Shown piece after piece: positions 36,280 to 60,190 of a DNA stretch of 64,000 bases. Made by a program: the position numbers and the translations under genes. Location of the stretch: positions 3,472,001-3,536,000 of the forward strand of contig OZ037765.1 of the NCBI GenBank assembly GCA_964035545.1. The letters are read 5' to 3'. Origin of the DNA: Bugula neritina (lineage: Eukaryota > Animalia > Bryozoa). The notes beneath the pieces were generated by a model that saw only the letters and a list, made by a program, of their open reading frames with translations, did not search any database and was not told the origin of the DNA. How positions within the stretch are numbered: the first letter of the stretch is position 1; every line of letters starts with the position of its first letter.

Positions 36280-36690
36280 AAATGAACCTGCTCACAAACT
36301 GAATACATGTATGGTGCGACAACTCCAGCAGATTCTGAACATAAAATGGTGAGATTTTGTTTCAAATGCTGTGGAGCTGAAATAAACCAACAAGGTGAAT
36401 ATGTATGACATTCTAACACAAAGGATCCTCAGATGAACAGGATGCGTCCGCAGAGTGGGAAATGAACCACTACCCAAACAAATCCTATACTCCAAGCTCC
36501 AGGCTCACATGAAATTTGGCAGACCAAAGCTAAGATTTAAAGACGCTGTGAAACAAAACTTCAAGTTCAAGAAAGTATCAATTGGCAGTTGGCAGATGCA
36601 AAGCAAGCGGAGAGACAGTTGAAGATCAGCAACATGCAAAGGAAACAGTCAATGTGGGAGCTGACCGACAGCTTATAATCATAATTATAT
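36280..36690 (+). mobile_element. 5'-truncated, decayed RTE-clade LINE fragment
   Basis: Translation QILNIKW*DFVSN..RILR*TGCVRR..LPKQILYS..GRPKLRFKDAVK matches the C-terminal motif order of RTE-type reverse transcriptases; contains internal stops. Confidence 0.7.
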
Positions 36691-37785
36691 ACAAGTGGTG
36701 TATAGCTCAACCACAATTTGTAACATATAATTTGCTGTCATGTTTTGTGTCTGCAGTATTTTTCAATTCTCAATTTGTATTCAAAGCGCTTTCTAATAGA
36801 TTCAGGCAGCTGTTAACATAAGTTCAATTGAAACTTATTTATCGAGTATATAATAATAATAATATATAATAATTATAGAAGTATATTATACTATCATAAT
36901 ATATCATAAAATTAATATGCTGATAGCCGAACAATAATCTGTGTTTATATGTTCATATATCAAAAAATGTTTTGCTATTCTGACATATGAAGGGACAGAT
37001 AATCTTTTTTGTATACCTATTACGGGCTTGCATTACAGGCTTTTTAAATACGTGTAACTTAAAATTTTCAAAAACCTATGAACTGTGAAAGTTTAAAAAA
37101 GGAGCAACAGCACAAAAATGTTGGAAACCAGTTAAACCCATATTTAAGTTAGGTTAGTGCCGTTAGTATAAGGATATCTCAAAAAAGATCAACATAATCC
37201 TAATCTTAACATAATCATATACATGTACAGCTTTTGAATAGCTTATTGCTTTTTCAATCTATCCTGGAATTATCGAGGTGCATATAGCGTTGTATTTTAC
37301 TAAAATTTACAATTATGCTCTCATGTTTAGTAAATGATTATTGGAATTGCTACTCTGGCATCACTTCCTGTTTTGCTCCTCGATCTGAATACTATAACAT
37401 CTGTGTATTAAGCAATTATTAAGTTTAATTCTTCTCCATTTATACTAGACAATTGAGCATCTTGCATATAACTGATGCATGACAATACCAATTACCATGA
37501 TAAGCAATGCCCATTAGGACTAACTAATTTTTAATTGCATAATATTGGCAAAAAACAACTAACACCTATGACAAAAATAGTATCTGTTTCATGAGAATCA
37601 CTTTGAAGTGATTGATTATTGGTAACGATAGCAATTAATAAGTCTTTTTTTTTGGAACTCAACACAGTTAAAATCTACACAGTTAGAATTTTCTAGTACA
37701 TTTCGCCACACAAATAGCTTTTTGAACTCAAAGTGACTCATAGTATCTCAAGTGGCTCTAAGTGTTTTAATAACATATCCACTAT

Positions 37786-37950
37786 ATACAACTATAACAT
37801 AAACATCTACACATATACAGCTACATATAATACAACTACATAAACAACTACACATACAGCTACACATACAACTACATAAACAACTACATAAACAACTACA
37901 CATACAGCTACATATACAACTACATAAACATCTACATAAACAAATACATA
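37786..37950. repeat. 12-bp minisatellite (ACAACTACATAA)n
   Basis: Visible degenerate tandem array; a homologous array lies at 58925-59135. Confidence 0.85.
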
Positions 37951-37989
37951 AAACATGGTACATAAGCTTGAAATAGTAAAAATCTCCAT

Positions 37990-38420
37990 ATCTTGTTACC
38001 TTACATTCTACGGCATCTGAAGCAGTGTATAGCAGACAAAACTCGTACAAGTATAGCCACTGCAAGATGATTCACGACGGTTACAGAGTTGATAGGACAC
38101 AGCTTCCCTTGATTATGTTACTATACAGACAGTCATATGACAACAATAATAAGCTATTCATATGATTGGTTGACCTTATTTTTATTTAAAAAGCATCGCG
38201 TGACAATTCCACTCAAGGAAATTTTGAGTATTTCCAGGGTGATAGTTTAGTGACTCACAGACAGCCCTGCCTACAGCATGATGAGGTTTTTATCATTTCA
38301 AATGATTTATCAATATTTGACAGCTATGTTATTTTAAAAGTAGTTTTGCCTGCAAGTATTCATGCAGCATGGAACTGAAAATATGTCACTCTTCAGCTTT
38401 GTGAGTCACTTGTGTCAATG
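37990..38420 (-). promoter_or_regulatory. Putative promoter/first-exon cassette of gene B, proximal copy
   Basis: CCAAT (plus-strand ATTGG at 38165) and donor-like AAT|GTAAG|GTAAC at 38004-37995; inverted homologue of 19200-19545. Confidence 0.45.
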
Positions 38421-38662
38421 AAAGTTGACTAAAGATTTGTCTATTCAAATGCATGTCGAGATACTTAACCAAATATAAACCGGAAAATTATATTACCCAT
38501 GCAATGTTTATTTTTATTTTGCTGACCAACGTTTCAGCTCTCAGACTACACATTTCATGACATGTAAACAAGCCTTCTTGCAGTTTTCATACTCTATAGG
38601 ACTGGATTTGTCTTATTTTTAGGTTTCTCCTTAAGATACTAACGGTTGTTTGGAATCCCGAA

Positions 38663-38733
38663 GCCCCTGTAGCCTAATTGGCTTGCAAGCCGGAGGTCTG
38701 TGGTTCGAATCTCGGTGGGGGCAATTATTTTAC
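38663..38733 (+). mobile_element. Short tRNA-derived SINE-like repeat with an internal deletion
   Basis: GCCCCTGTAGCCTAATTGG-CTTGCAAGCCGGAGGTCTGTGGTTCGAATCTCGGTGGGGGCAATTATTTTACA; closely matches 13646. Confidence 0.7.
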
Positions 38734-38829
38734 AGATCTATACAAAAATGATAACTTTTATGTCAACTATTTCTTTCATTTATTCCAAGGTTATTTTTTC
38801 TCAAGGTATTTATATAGGTTGAAGTGCAT

Positions 38830-39620
38830 TTTGCAACACAAATAGCTTTTTGTAATCAAAGTGATCGACTCATAGTAGGCTATATCTCAAGTGGCTCTAA
38901 GTGTTTTAATAAAATATCCACAATATAGCCTAAGCAGCTACATTAACAAATACATACAACAGGATATGTGTTTAAAATAAGAAAAATCTTCATATATTTT
39001 TACTTTACATTCCACCGCATCTGAAGCAGTGGCAGACAAAACTCGTACAAATAAACACTACAAGATAATTCACGTTTGCAGGATTGATAGAATACAGCTT
39101 CCCTTGATTCTGTTATACTATACAAACTATAGTCATATGACAACAATTATAAGCTACTCATATGATTGGCTAAGCTGGTTTTCATTTAAAAAAGATCACG
39201 TGACGATTCCACTCGAGAAATTTTTGAGCATTTCCATGGCAATACAGTTTAGTGACTGTTTACATGGCATGAGGCTTTTATCATTTCAAATAGTTTACCA
39301 ATGTTTTGCAGCTGCATGGTATCTTGAAAGTGACTTTTGCCTGCAACTATTCAGTAAGCAGCTGATAAAATGTCACCCTTCATCTTTCTGAGTCACTTGT
39401 GTCAATGAAAGTTGACTACATATACTTGTTTATTCCTGGTGTTTTTGGATGCATGTTGAGGTGTCTTACTAATTATAGTACTCATACAATGTTTATTATT
39501 ATATTGCTGACAAACATTTCTGCAATCAAACCACACATTTCAAAACATGTAGGCAAATCTTTTGCAGTTTTCTTACTTTAGAACTGAATTTGTGATATTG
39601 TTAGGATTTTTCTTAAAACG
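38830..39620 (-). repeat. Diverged tandem duplicate of about 37700-38640 (second cassette upstream of gene B)
   Basis: Shared blocks CACAAATAGCTTTTTG, ATCTCAAGTGGCTCTAAGTGTTTTAAT, GCATCTGAAGCAGT, CATATGATTGG (39165) and GAGTCACTTGTGTCAATGAAAGTTGAC. Confidence 0.8.
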
Positions 39621-40938
39621 AAAAAAATACAATAAATTATATGCCAACTACATTTTTCATTTATTTCAAGAAAATATTTTTCACATGGTATTTAAGGGTA
39701 ATTTTACTTAATTCAGTACCCACTCAATATCTCTATAGTCTTTAGCTGCTTTTCACAAATTAGCTGCTAATATATATATATATATGTTTTTTGCCCTAAA
39801 CTAATAGATTATTAACAAATATCACTAAATAATTAAAATTTTTTTAATTTTGCTCAACTTTCTATATTATTCTTTCCTAATTATTTGATAAATTGTGATA
39901 TGCTGGCGTTTTTGTTTTTTCATAATGGTATGCAGCCACATTTTAGTTACCAATTGGCAATAAATGTCCTCTATTGTTGCAGATTTCTCTTTCAGCACTT
40001 TTTTCTATACATATTTGAAACAACCATAAAAAATACTGCACTAACCTAAATTAATTTTTTATGGCTTTTAACCAAATTCAAATGTTGGTCCTGATTTGCT
40101 GGTGCACCAGCAAATGTGTACTAAATAAAATAAACTGACCCATTTAGGTTCCAGAAATAGAATCATAATACTTTACTATAGTGATTAGAATTGTTTGCTT
40201 TTAATCTAGTATTATTTTGTATATCATTGAAATTATGGGTCAAGCCGGCTATCAGCATGTGGACCATCTCTAATAGATAAGTATAAGGTTAAAAGCAGTC
40301 AATGAATCATAGCATGATATTAACTGCTGGCCGCTATATTGGCATACAAATTGTCATAATAGAGAGGCACAGTCATTGTTTATTGACTGAGCAAAATATT
40401 GAACAAACTATTGAATAATATTGAAAGACTATAAAAAATATAGTTTAAGGGCAAAAGAATGAAATTAATAATTAAAAAAATATATATGTACATATATAAA
40501 ATAATAATAATAATTCAATCTAAAATAAAAGCTCAAAACAAAAACCTTAAAACTACTAATATACATTATGAATTTATTTGACCATAATGATGCTAATATG
40601 TACATGTAATATCAAACTAAATTTGCAAATGAATGTTCAAAGTATTTTGATACTTTTTCTGAAAAATTGTCACCCAGTCTTAAACTTAATCAATCAAAGT
40701 GTGCAAGAAAATTTAGTAAAACTTTTCCTTAACCAAATTGACTTTTGACAAATGGTTTCAAAATTAGAGAAGAATTAGAATAAAATGCCCTTAAAGGGTT
40801 CATCTACTCCCTGATGCTTAGTAATCTATTATATAATCCATAAACTGTAGATCAAAGTTTCCATAAAATATTGAATGTAATTCACTACAAACTACCATAA
40901 TGAGTCTTTTTGATATTAAATATCTTAGTAGGTTGTAG

Positions 40939-41038
40939 TGCTGCCAGAAGTGTGATAAGTTAAACTTTGACCCTCAGACTCTGCTGCCAGAAGTGTGATA
41001 AGTTAAACTTTGACCCTCAGACTCTGCTGCCAGAAGTG
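40939..41038. repeat. 43-bp perfect tandem repeat, about 2.3 copies
   Basis: TGCTGCCAGAAGTGTGATAAGTTAAACTTTGACCCTCAGACTC twice, plus a 14-bp partial unit. Confidence 0.9.
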
Positions 41039-42010
41039 ACTGTCTCAAGTCTACTTATATGATTAGTTAAGATATATTAATGCTTTGTATTCTCTATATA
41101 CAAGTTGTCTCCTCTATCAACTGTAAACTGTGAACTGTGAACCCAATCTAATAATTCACCTAATTGACATTTCTGGTAATTTTTTTTCTGCTGATAATTT
41201 TAATAACTTTCTCCCTTTTTTATTCCTATTGCTTGTAAATTGCTGAAGAAAGCTGTTTCATATACTGATTGAATATCACAAAACACTTATGCTACAAATG
41301 TTGGCACATTTTCATGTTATCATACTGCAGCGCTTACATATCAATTAGTAACCCTGAATACTGCTGCTTTCCGATCATTAAAGAAATTGAGGCCCAATTG
41401 AATGACATGCAATGAATATTATACTTTATTAAGATACAAAACAAATAAAAAATATAAAAAATTGTGTTATATCACAGAAAAAGGTAAAGTTAATTGTACC
41501 AAGCAATAATGCAGGATTAAAAAGAAAACAGTTGTTTTTTAGAATTAAAATGAGAAGTTCTTTGCAAGAAAGCTGATTAAAAATTATTTGGCAAATAGAT
41601 GTACAGAAATATTGCATTTATATAATCTCTATTTAGTTTCAATCTTTTAGCTACACATATTATATACTGTAAATAAATGTTATAAAAGCCATGCCATTGT
41701 TTACTTGTAGTTTAAGACAGCTGCAGATTGGGAAAAAAATAATTCTGTCAAAACTTTTAAATTACAATCTACTGAAATTCTAAAAATTGAACACCCTCAT
41801 ATATTTTTAAAGAAACCATTATATAAGCTTTCAAAATTGACAGTGCTTTTAAAAATTTTATGTTAGTAGAATCACTTACAATAAGTTTAATGGACTTATC
41901 AAACTTTTGAAGATCTTTTATACTAATTATAAGATGCATACCATGATATATAGTTACTGCATATATATTAATGAAAAACATAAAATTTAAGCTTTCCAAT
42001 AAATGCTAAA

Positions 42011-42156
42011 CTATGAAGAATGAGAGGCCTGCATAATGTCTTTGAGTAAAGGAATAATAACCATATTCTATTAAGTCCATGCAAGATAAAAATGTGTACA
42101 GTATATATATAGCATATATAGGTGTATAAACACCAATGAGAAAGGCCAAGGCGTAA
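42011..42156 (-). pseudogene. Orphan, frameshifted terminal-exon fragment of a fourth SLC15 (A/B-type) copy
   Basis: The minus strand reads YALAFLIGVYT..CTHFYL, then indels and stops, then IIPLLKDIMQASHSS*. Downstream 40350-42010 is colinear with gene B's 3' flank 28745-30243. Confidence 0.8.
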
Positions 42157-43435
42157 ATTTGCTTTTAGAAACTTAGATAAAGTTTAATTTAAGTAGCGCC
42201 AGTATCTATAAGTAGTGTTAGTTTCATTGGTTTTACATCGTGATGTTGAAAATAAATTTAATTATAAAATGCCTTATGTTTTAAGCGTGTAATTATTTAC
42301 AAAAAATATAAGGCTGCATTTATATATACCTTCACAATTTTTAGTCAGAAATTCAATTTTGCCAAATTAAAATTTTCACCAAGTTGCACTGGGCTTTATA
42401 AGCTAAACTTGGATCAAAATATTTTGACTCAATTGCTAACAATTTCAGAATAGCAATCAACTGGAATGATAACTCAGATTATCAGAAATGAATTCCCTAC
42501 TGAAATTATACTCATGCAATAAATATAAACATTGAAAATGAGATGCTATAAGTTTAAATTGGATACAACTGTATTTATGAAATAAAACAAATCTTTCATA
42601 AAATAGACACAGAAAAAAATAAAAAATAACATTGTTAGATAGGAGATATAAGCAATTTCAATTGCTTATAAAGAATTATCATGATTGTATTTTCAAAGAC
42701 AAATATTATTGAAAAAGCAATTCCCTGTAACAAAATAAAACAATAAGCATATATAGGATGTCATTTTTTGTTAATATTGAAAAGATACCCAGCAGTAAGT
42801 CAAACAGCATAACGAAAATAAGGCAATTGCTTACTTAATGTTTTGAAGCATGCGTTTTGAGACTTGAAATGCTTTTGAGTAAACAAAGCTAAAAAGTACA
42901 TATTATAGCTCATATAGCTGATAGAATGTTTAACCTTAATATAATATTTATAAGTGAATATCTAAAACATAATTTTTTTGAAATTGACAGAAGACAACTT
43001 TTTAGTCAATAATCAGTAGAATAGAAAATAGTTCTATTTGTAATTACAACTATTTAATAATGAAATTCCAACTCTGGTACTTATATATATATGTAGCAAG
43101 TTAACTTTTGAGGCAGTATGTATAATGAGCAATTGTAAAAGAATATAAAAACAGAATAATCATTCTATAATAAGCTAAATATTTTAGTTAATTTTTGTAG
43201 TCATTGTAACATAAAATTATATATAGCTGTGGACAGCAAAGCCTCCTATAAGACTGATGAGATAGCTTTCTATAGCTCAACTAACCGGTATTATTTGTAG
43301 GAAATTAAAAAGTTGCTTATTTGAAAGATCCCTGAACAAGTCTACCAAATAAATGGTCACTACTCTTGCATAATCACTCAGGTTTATTTAATCCTGGTGT
43401 AAACCATGGTGCTGGGATTTTTTACCATTTGTAGA

Positions 43436-53934
<10,499 letters not shown>

Positions 53935-54249
53935 TTTTCTTTGGCTGTAAAAGTTTCATAAGCATGTTTGACTATTGACCTTGCGGTTACCAAGCGCCAA
54001 CTCCTACACTCCATATACAAGTCTAGATTAAATAAAATTAATAGATTACCACAAAAAACTGCTTATTATTTGTCTGCATTTGTAACCACCCTTTTTCAAT
54101 TGTCAATGAAAACCCCTACAGCTGCAAAAATAATGTAATAAAACTTATAATCTAAATGATGACAACATATATATGTAATATGTTGATGTATAACATTAAC
54201 ATGTAATTGTATAATAAATTATTGTTTATTATATATCAACATTTTATAG

Positions 54250-54280
<31 letters not shown>

Positions 54281-54295
54281 CAATCTGAGGACAGC

Positions 54296-54350
<55 letters not shown>

Positions 54351-54418
54351 ATGCTGATTGCCAAATCTAGTTGGAATTCCAGCAAAGTAAAGTGCTCGAT
54401 ATCACAAGTGACAGAGCT

Positions 54419-54798
<380 letters not shown>

Positions 54799-55621
54799 CA
54801 AAATGATAATGATAATAATAATAGTATATATAAAGAGAAAGAAAATATTCAATAGTAATCATATAAACCTGTATTATAGTCTTTTTAAGTACTTGTAAAT
54901 AATATTTTTCAAAAAGATTAAGCTGATAATAAAAAGTTACCAATTAGGGATGAATGACATAGGAAGGGTTGGATATCATTCCGTATAATATACTGCCAAG
55001 CTTTAAGTTGAGTTTGTAATAAAAATATGTAAAACTAGCATATTATCATTGAATAGCTTGAATAGCTTATGGGTTTTTTTTAACTTATTTCGAAGTATAA
55101 TATATATTGTTGTATTTTGCTTAACTTAGAATTATGCACTCATGTTTAGTTTAAAGTAAATCATTATTGAAATTGTTATTCTGGCATCACTTCCTGTTTT
55201 GATCCCTGATCCGAGTGCAATAAAATAGGTTATTCAGCAATATTAATTCAATATTCATCTTGAAGTAACCAAGGTTCATATTGTTGTATTTTAATAAATT
55301 TAGAATTATGTTCTCATGTTTAGTTTGGAATAAATCATTATTGGAATTGTTATTCTTGCATCACTTTCTATTCTACTCCTGCACATTGTTTTGAATACAA
55401 TAAAATAAATTTGTTTAGTATTAGTAATCATTTAATTCAATTCCTGTCTGTTCTATAGGCACCTAAACTTCTCATCTTTCACTGTACTACGCAATTATAA
55501 ACATCATAAATGCAATACTTGACAATACCCATTATCAACAATTATAAGGTCACTTTTAGTCACCTTTCACCCCAGTAGTCCTGCGTGGGTGGTGGGTACA
55601 TTATCAACAATTTATGCTGGT

Positions 55622-55692
55622 AAAATCTTCTGCCCTCACCAGGAATCTAACCTCAAACCTCTAACTTGCATAGCTATGACCCCACAGGGGCT
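55622..55692 (-). mobile_element. Degenerate tRNA-derived short repeat
   Basis: The reverse complement starts GCCCCTGTG and contains TGCAAG..GAGGT..GGTTAGATTCCTGGTGAGGGCA. Confidence 0.45.
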
Positions 55693-56642
55693 ACTGCCTG
55701 CTGGATAATCACAATATCACAAATTCTACCCAGTTCTTCAGAACTTCTCTGTCACCATATTTTGCAGCTATGTTATTTTAAAACTGGTTTTGCCTGCAAC
55801 TATTCATGCAGGATATGGAACTGAAAATATGTCACTCTTCAGCTGTTTGAGTCACTTGTGTCAATGAGAGTTGACTAAAGATTTGTTTATTCCTAGTGTG
55901 TTTTCAAATGCATGTCGAGATGCCTAACTAAATATCAACCGCACAGCATAGTTAAGGTCATCCCCAGCAAAATTTCATCTCATAATCTAGTCTCAGTTCC
56001 TTTATGCTATTGCTCTGTGGGCGGCATGCGTATTGCCTACTTGTCATAATTTAGCAGGAGGTTGAACAATTGCCAACAAACCATTACATTAGCCAGGGCT
56101 ACACCTGTTCGCGTTACAACTGACACAACAATCTATTGAGCAAGTATGTGGCCGTGGCAAGCCTAACCCCCTGTTCACACATTGCCGCACCGTACGCCGT
56201 AACAGAACAAACAAAATGGCGCTGCTGTTACATTTTGTCAACGGCTGTTCACACATTGCCGTAAGGTACAACGCATGACCTTGAGCTTTGACCAATCATA
56301 ATGAGGTTAATTTTTGCCTGCGGTGACTTAAATATTGTTGCGGGTTACACAACAGTTATGCGTGGATTTGCTGAGGTATTCAGTGCTGGCTTTTACTAGC
56401 AATTACTAGGGTAGCTGGCGAGTAATTACTTTTATTATACACAACATTAACCACAAAATAAACATTACAATAATTCACTGCTAAACATTAGTCACCTACT
56501 AATAAGTGTTTACAGTACAATGTTCAGCTCACAACAACGTGATGATTGCTTAATTAACCGGGAACAGTCACTTGACAGAAAGCTCGCCTTCCGGTCTTTC
56601 TTATTGGATGACATACAGTGGCTATTAGTATTCCCCCCCTAT

Positions 56643-56717
<75 letters not shown>

Positions 56718-57835
56718 AATCCTATAATTAGCCTATTCGGCTGCAACTTCAAAAGCACTCTCATATTTATAAATTCTTTTGAAGAAGTTTACCCTCAAAT
56801 ACTGTACAATAAAGAAAAAATTTCAAGCTAGCTGTTCTATTTTTCTCGGTTTTGTGTTATCTCAGTACACGCAGAGTTTATAGTCTCTATGAGAGACTTT
56901 TTTCAACTGACTGCGAGCATAATAGCTAAAATTTTGTCTGCTGTCACTACAACTCAGACTTTTATAATAGGAAATATTAAGAAATGCTTGCAGCTTACCT
57001 TTACAACTAAATATTAGAACCTGTAGAATATAAGATAGGTCCTATACCAAGTTTCATTCACAATAAATTTAATGGGAATCAGTAGAGATGATGAATTCAA
57101 AGTTATTAACACATATTATTGAAAACTATTTATACAAGTCTTGCTCTTTTTGTTGGTAGTCAAATTATATGACTAGCAAGAAGTTTAGATTTGATATTCA
57201 CCCATTGCGCGAACAATACTTTTTCTAGCTGCATTATTTTACTTGTAAAATTTTCAAGAGAAACCAGGGAAACCAATTCAGCAACTAGTTTTAAAGTTTG
57301 AAAAAAGGCATGTATAGCACCAGTGTTACACTGGTCATCCGTCTCTATAAGAGTAACAATTCAGTTTAATTCCAAATAGACAACCCCCTCCATATAGACG
57401 CCAAACAATATATTCTACTTAGACTGCCTATTTAAAAGCGTTAGAAAATGAAAATGGTACTTTTTATAAATAATATGTATTTTGCTGGAAACCCCGAGTA
57501 TCTCATGTAAACACAGTTGGAGCAAATACACCAGCTATATAACTGTAGAATGGCTAAATATTTGCACCGATCTAAACAATTCAACTAAAAAGTAGGCATG
57601 GATGTGGACATTGTAGCTATTTGGTAATTAGTATAATAGCTTAACAGTGGATTTGCTCTTATCCTTACTAAGTGACAGGCAAAGTAAGAATTTACAAAAT
57701 AAAATCTTTTAACAACCTCCTATCCCAATACATAAGGCAAAAACTACTGCAAATTGAAATTAATGATGGGTGTCTTTAGATTGCTTAACTTTTTTGGAGC
57801 TACTTACAATTTTCTTTCCTATGTTGAAGAAAACA

Positions 57836-60190
57836 CATATAGTTAGCCCGAGTCGATATGATACAGCTTCTGTTGCTCCTCTCACTACAAGCTATAATCA
57901 TAATATGATAACAATAAAATCTAGTCATATGATTGGCTGAGTTAGTTTTTATTTTGAAAACCTCACATGACGAATTTACTCAGGAGGTTTGGGAAATTCC
58001 AGTGTCATAGTTGATGATTTACAACAAAAGGCTTTTATTACGCTCAAATGGTTTATCAATACTTTTCAGCTGTGTTATTTTCAAAGTTGTTTTGACTTAA
58101 ATTACTGGCTTATTCAGTAAGCAACTGACAATGTGTCACTCAGTCAGTGTACAATAGCAGTGCCTCTTCATCACAACATCTGGTAACCCAGTGCTTGTCA
58201 CACTACGATCCATGGAATACCCCTTATAACCTACTTATCTATATATGCTGTACAACAGCTTGACTTGGAATCTCAATGATGTATACAAAATACTGGTAGA
58301 TTAAAACCAAACAATTCTAATTACGTGTAAAGTATATTGATTGTATTTCAGGAGCATTAGAGTACCTTGTAAAAAATAATTTCTCCAAACAAATGAAAAA
58401 ATAATTGACATTAACCCAAAAATAGAAGAAATCCATGCAGTCCTATAAAGTATAAAAATTATACAAATAATGTTTTGCATACCATGAAATGTGTGGTTTG
58501 ATAGCTGAATGTTTGTCAGCAAAATAAAAATAAACATTGCATGGGTAATATAATTTTCCTGTTTATATTTGGTTAGGTATCTCGACGCATGCATTTGAAA
58601 ACACCAGGAATAGAAAAAAAATTTTAGTCAATTTTTATTGACACAAGTTACACAGAAAACTGAAGACTATCTGCCCCACCCTAAAGTTCTTCAACTAGCA
58701 AGCCAGCATGCTTTTACCTGGTATATACCCTGTGGGGGCTGTATAGGGGTATTCAGCTTCATGCACATCTCTTACTCTATATGTGTTACCCACCACCATT
58801 TTGCATAAATCTTATGCTAGTGGCTATTAGAGTACGTACAAAGTTGAAGTACATTTTACCGCATAAATTGCTTTTTGAAGTCGAAGTAGCCCGTTTCACT
58901 TAGTCTTCATAAAAAAATCCATTACATAAACAACTACATTAACAGCTACATAAATATTTATGTAAACAACTACATAAACAACAGCTACATAGATAACAAC
59001 TACATAAACAACAACTACATAAACAGCTACATAAATGACTATGTAACCAACTACATAAACAATTATGTAAACAACAACTACATAAACAACAACTACATAA
59101 ACAACTACATAAACAACTACATAACCAACTACATACAGAATATATGCCATGCTAGATAGGTTTATGAAATAGGAGGCATATATAATGATCCTTTTACCTT
59201 ACATTCCGTCGTATCTGAAGCAGTAGCTGCAGGCAGAACTATCGGACCATATAGTTAGCACGAGTCGATATGATACAGCTTCTGTTGCTCCTGTCACTAC
59301 AAGCTATAATCATAATCTGATAACAATATAATCTAGTCATATGATTGGCTGAGTTAGTTTTTATTTTGAAAACCTCACATGACGAATTTACTCAAAAAGT
59401 TTTGGGAAATTCCTTTATGATAGTTAATGATTTACAACAAAAGGCTTTTATTACACTCAAATGGTTTATCAATGTGGTATTGATTGAGCTTATTCAGTAA
59501 GCAACTGACAATATTTTGCTGGTCAGTGTACACTGGCAGTGATGCCTCTCTATTACAATGCATGGTAACCCAGTGCTTGTCACACTACGATCCATGGAAT
59601 ACCTCTTATAACCTACTTATCTATAGATGCTGTACGACAGCTTGACTTGGAATCTCAAAGATGTATACAAAATAATGGTAGATTAAAACCAAACAATTCT
59701 AATTACGTGTAAAGTATATTGATTGTATTTCAGGAGCATTAGAGTATCTTGTAAAAAATAATTTCTCAAAACAAATGAAAAAATAATTGACATTAACCCA
59801 AAAATAGAAGAAATCCATGCAGTCCTATAAAGTATAAAAATTATACAAATAATGTTTTGCATACCATGAAATGTGTGGTTTGATAGCTGAATGTTTGTCA
59901 GCAGAATAAAAATAAACATTGCATGGGTAATATAATTTTCCGGTTTATATTTGGTTAGGCATCTCGACATGCATTTGAAAACACCATGGGAATAGACAAA
60001 TCTTTAGTCAACTTTCATTGACACAAGTTACTCAGAAAACTGAAGACTATCTGCCCCACCCTAAAGTCCTTCAACTAGCAAGCTAGCATGCTTTTACCTG
60101 GTATATACCCTGTGGGGGCTGTATATAGTGGTATTCAGCTTCATTTACATCGTTTAGTCTATGTGTGTTGCCCACCACCATTTTGCATAA
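57836..60190. repeat. Direct duplication of about 0.95 kb (57836-58808 and 59248-60190) containing the SLC15 promoter-like cassette
   Basis: Long near-identical blocks; duplicate ORFs 58301..58594 and 59683..59970; CATATGATTGG at about 57932 and 59344. Confidence 0.9.
58925..59135. repeat. 12-bp minisatellite (ACAACTACATAA)n
   Basis: Same unit as 37786-37950 and a similar position just past the donor-like site of the cassette. Confidence 0.85.

Noticed and set aside
37748-38065. Cys-rich, metallothionein-like ORF (CSCMCSCLC...)
   Set aside because: It is a translation of the 12-bp minisatellite; the homologous array at 58.9 kb does not keep that frame.
40939-41038. CRISPR-like repeat-spacer array
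   Set aside because: The intervening units are identical (a plain tandem duplication), the context is eukaryotic, and there are no cas genes.
58301-59970. Twin hydrophobic 95-97 aa ORFs as a small membrane-protein pair
   Set aside because: They lie in a recent AT-rich duplication with no splice or family support, and older paralogous sequence at 38.4-38.6 kb is in the opposite orientation and diverged.
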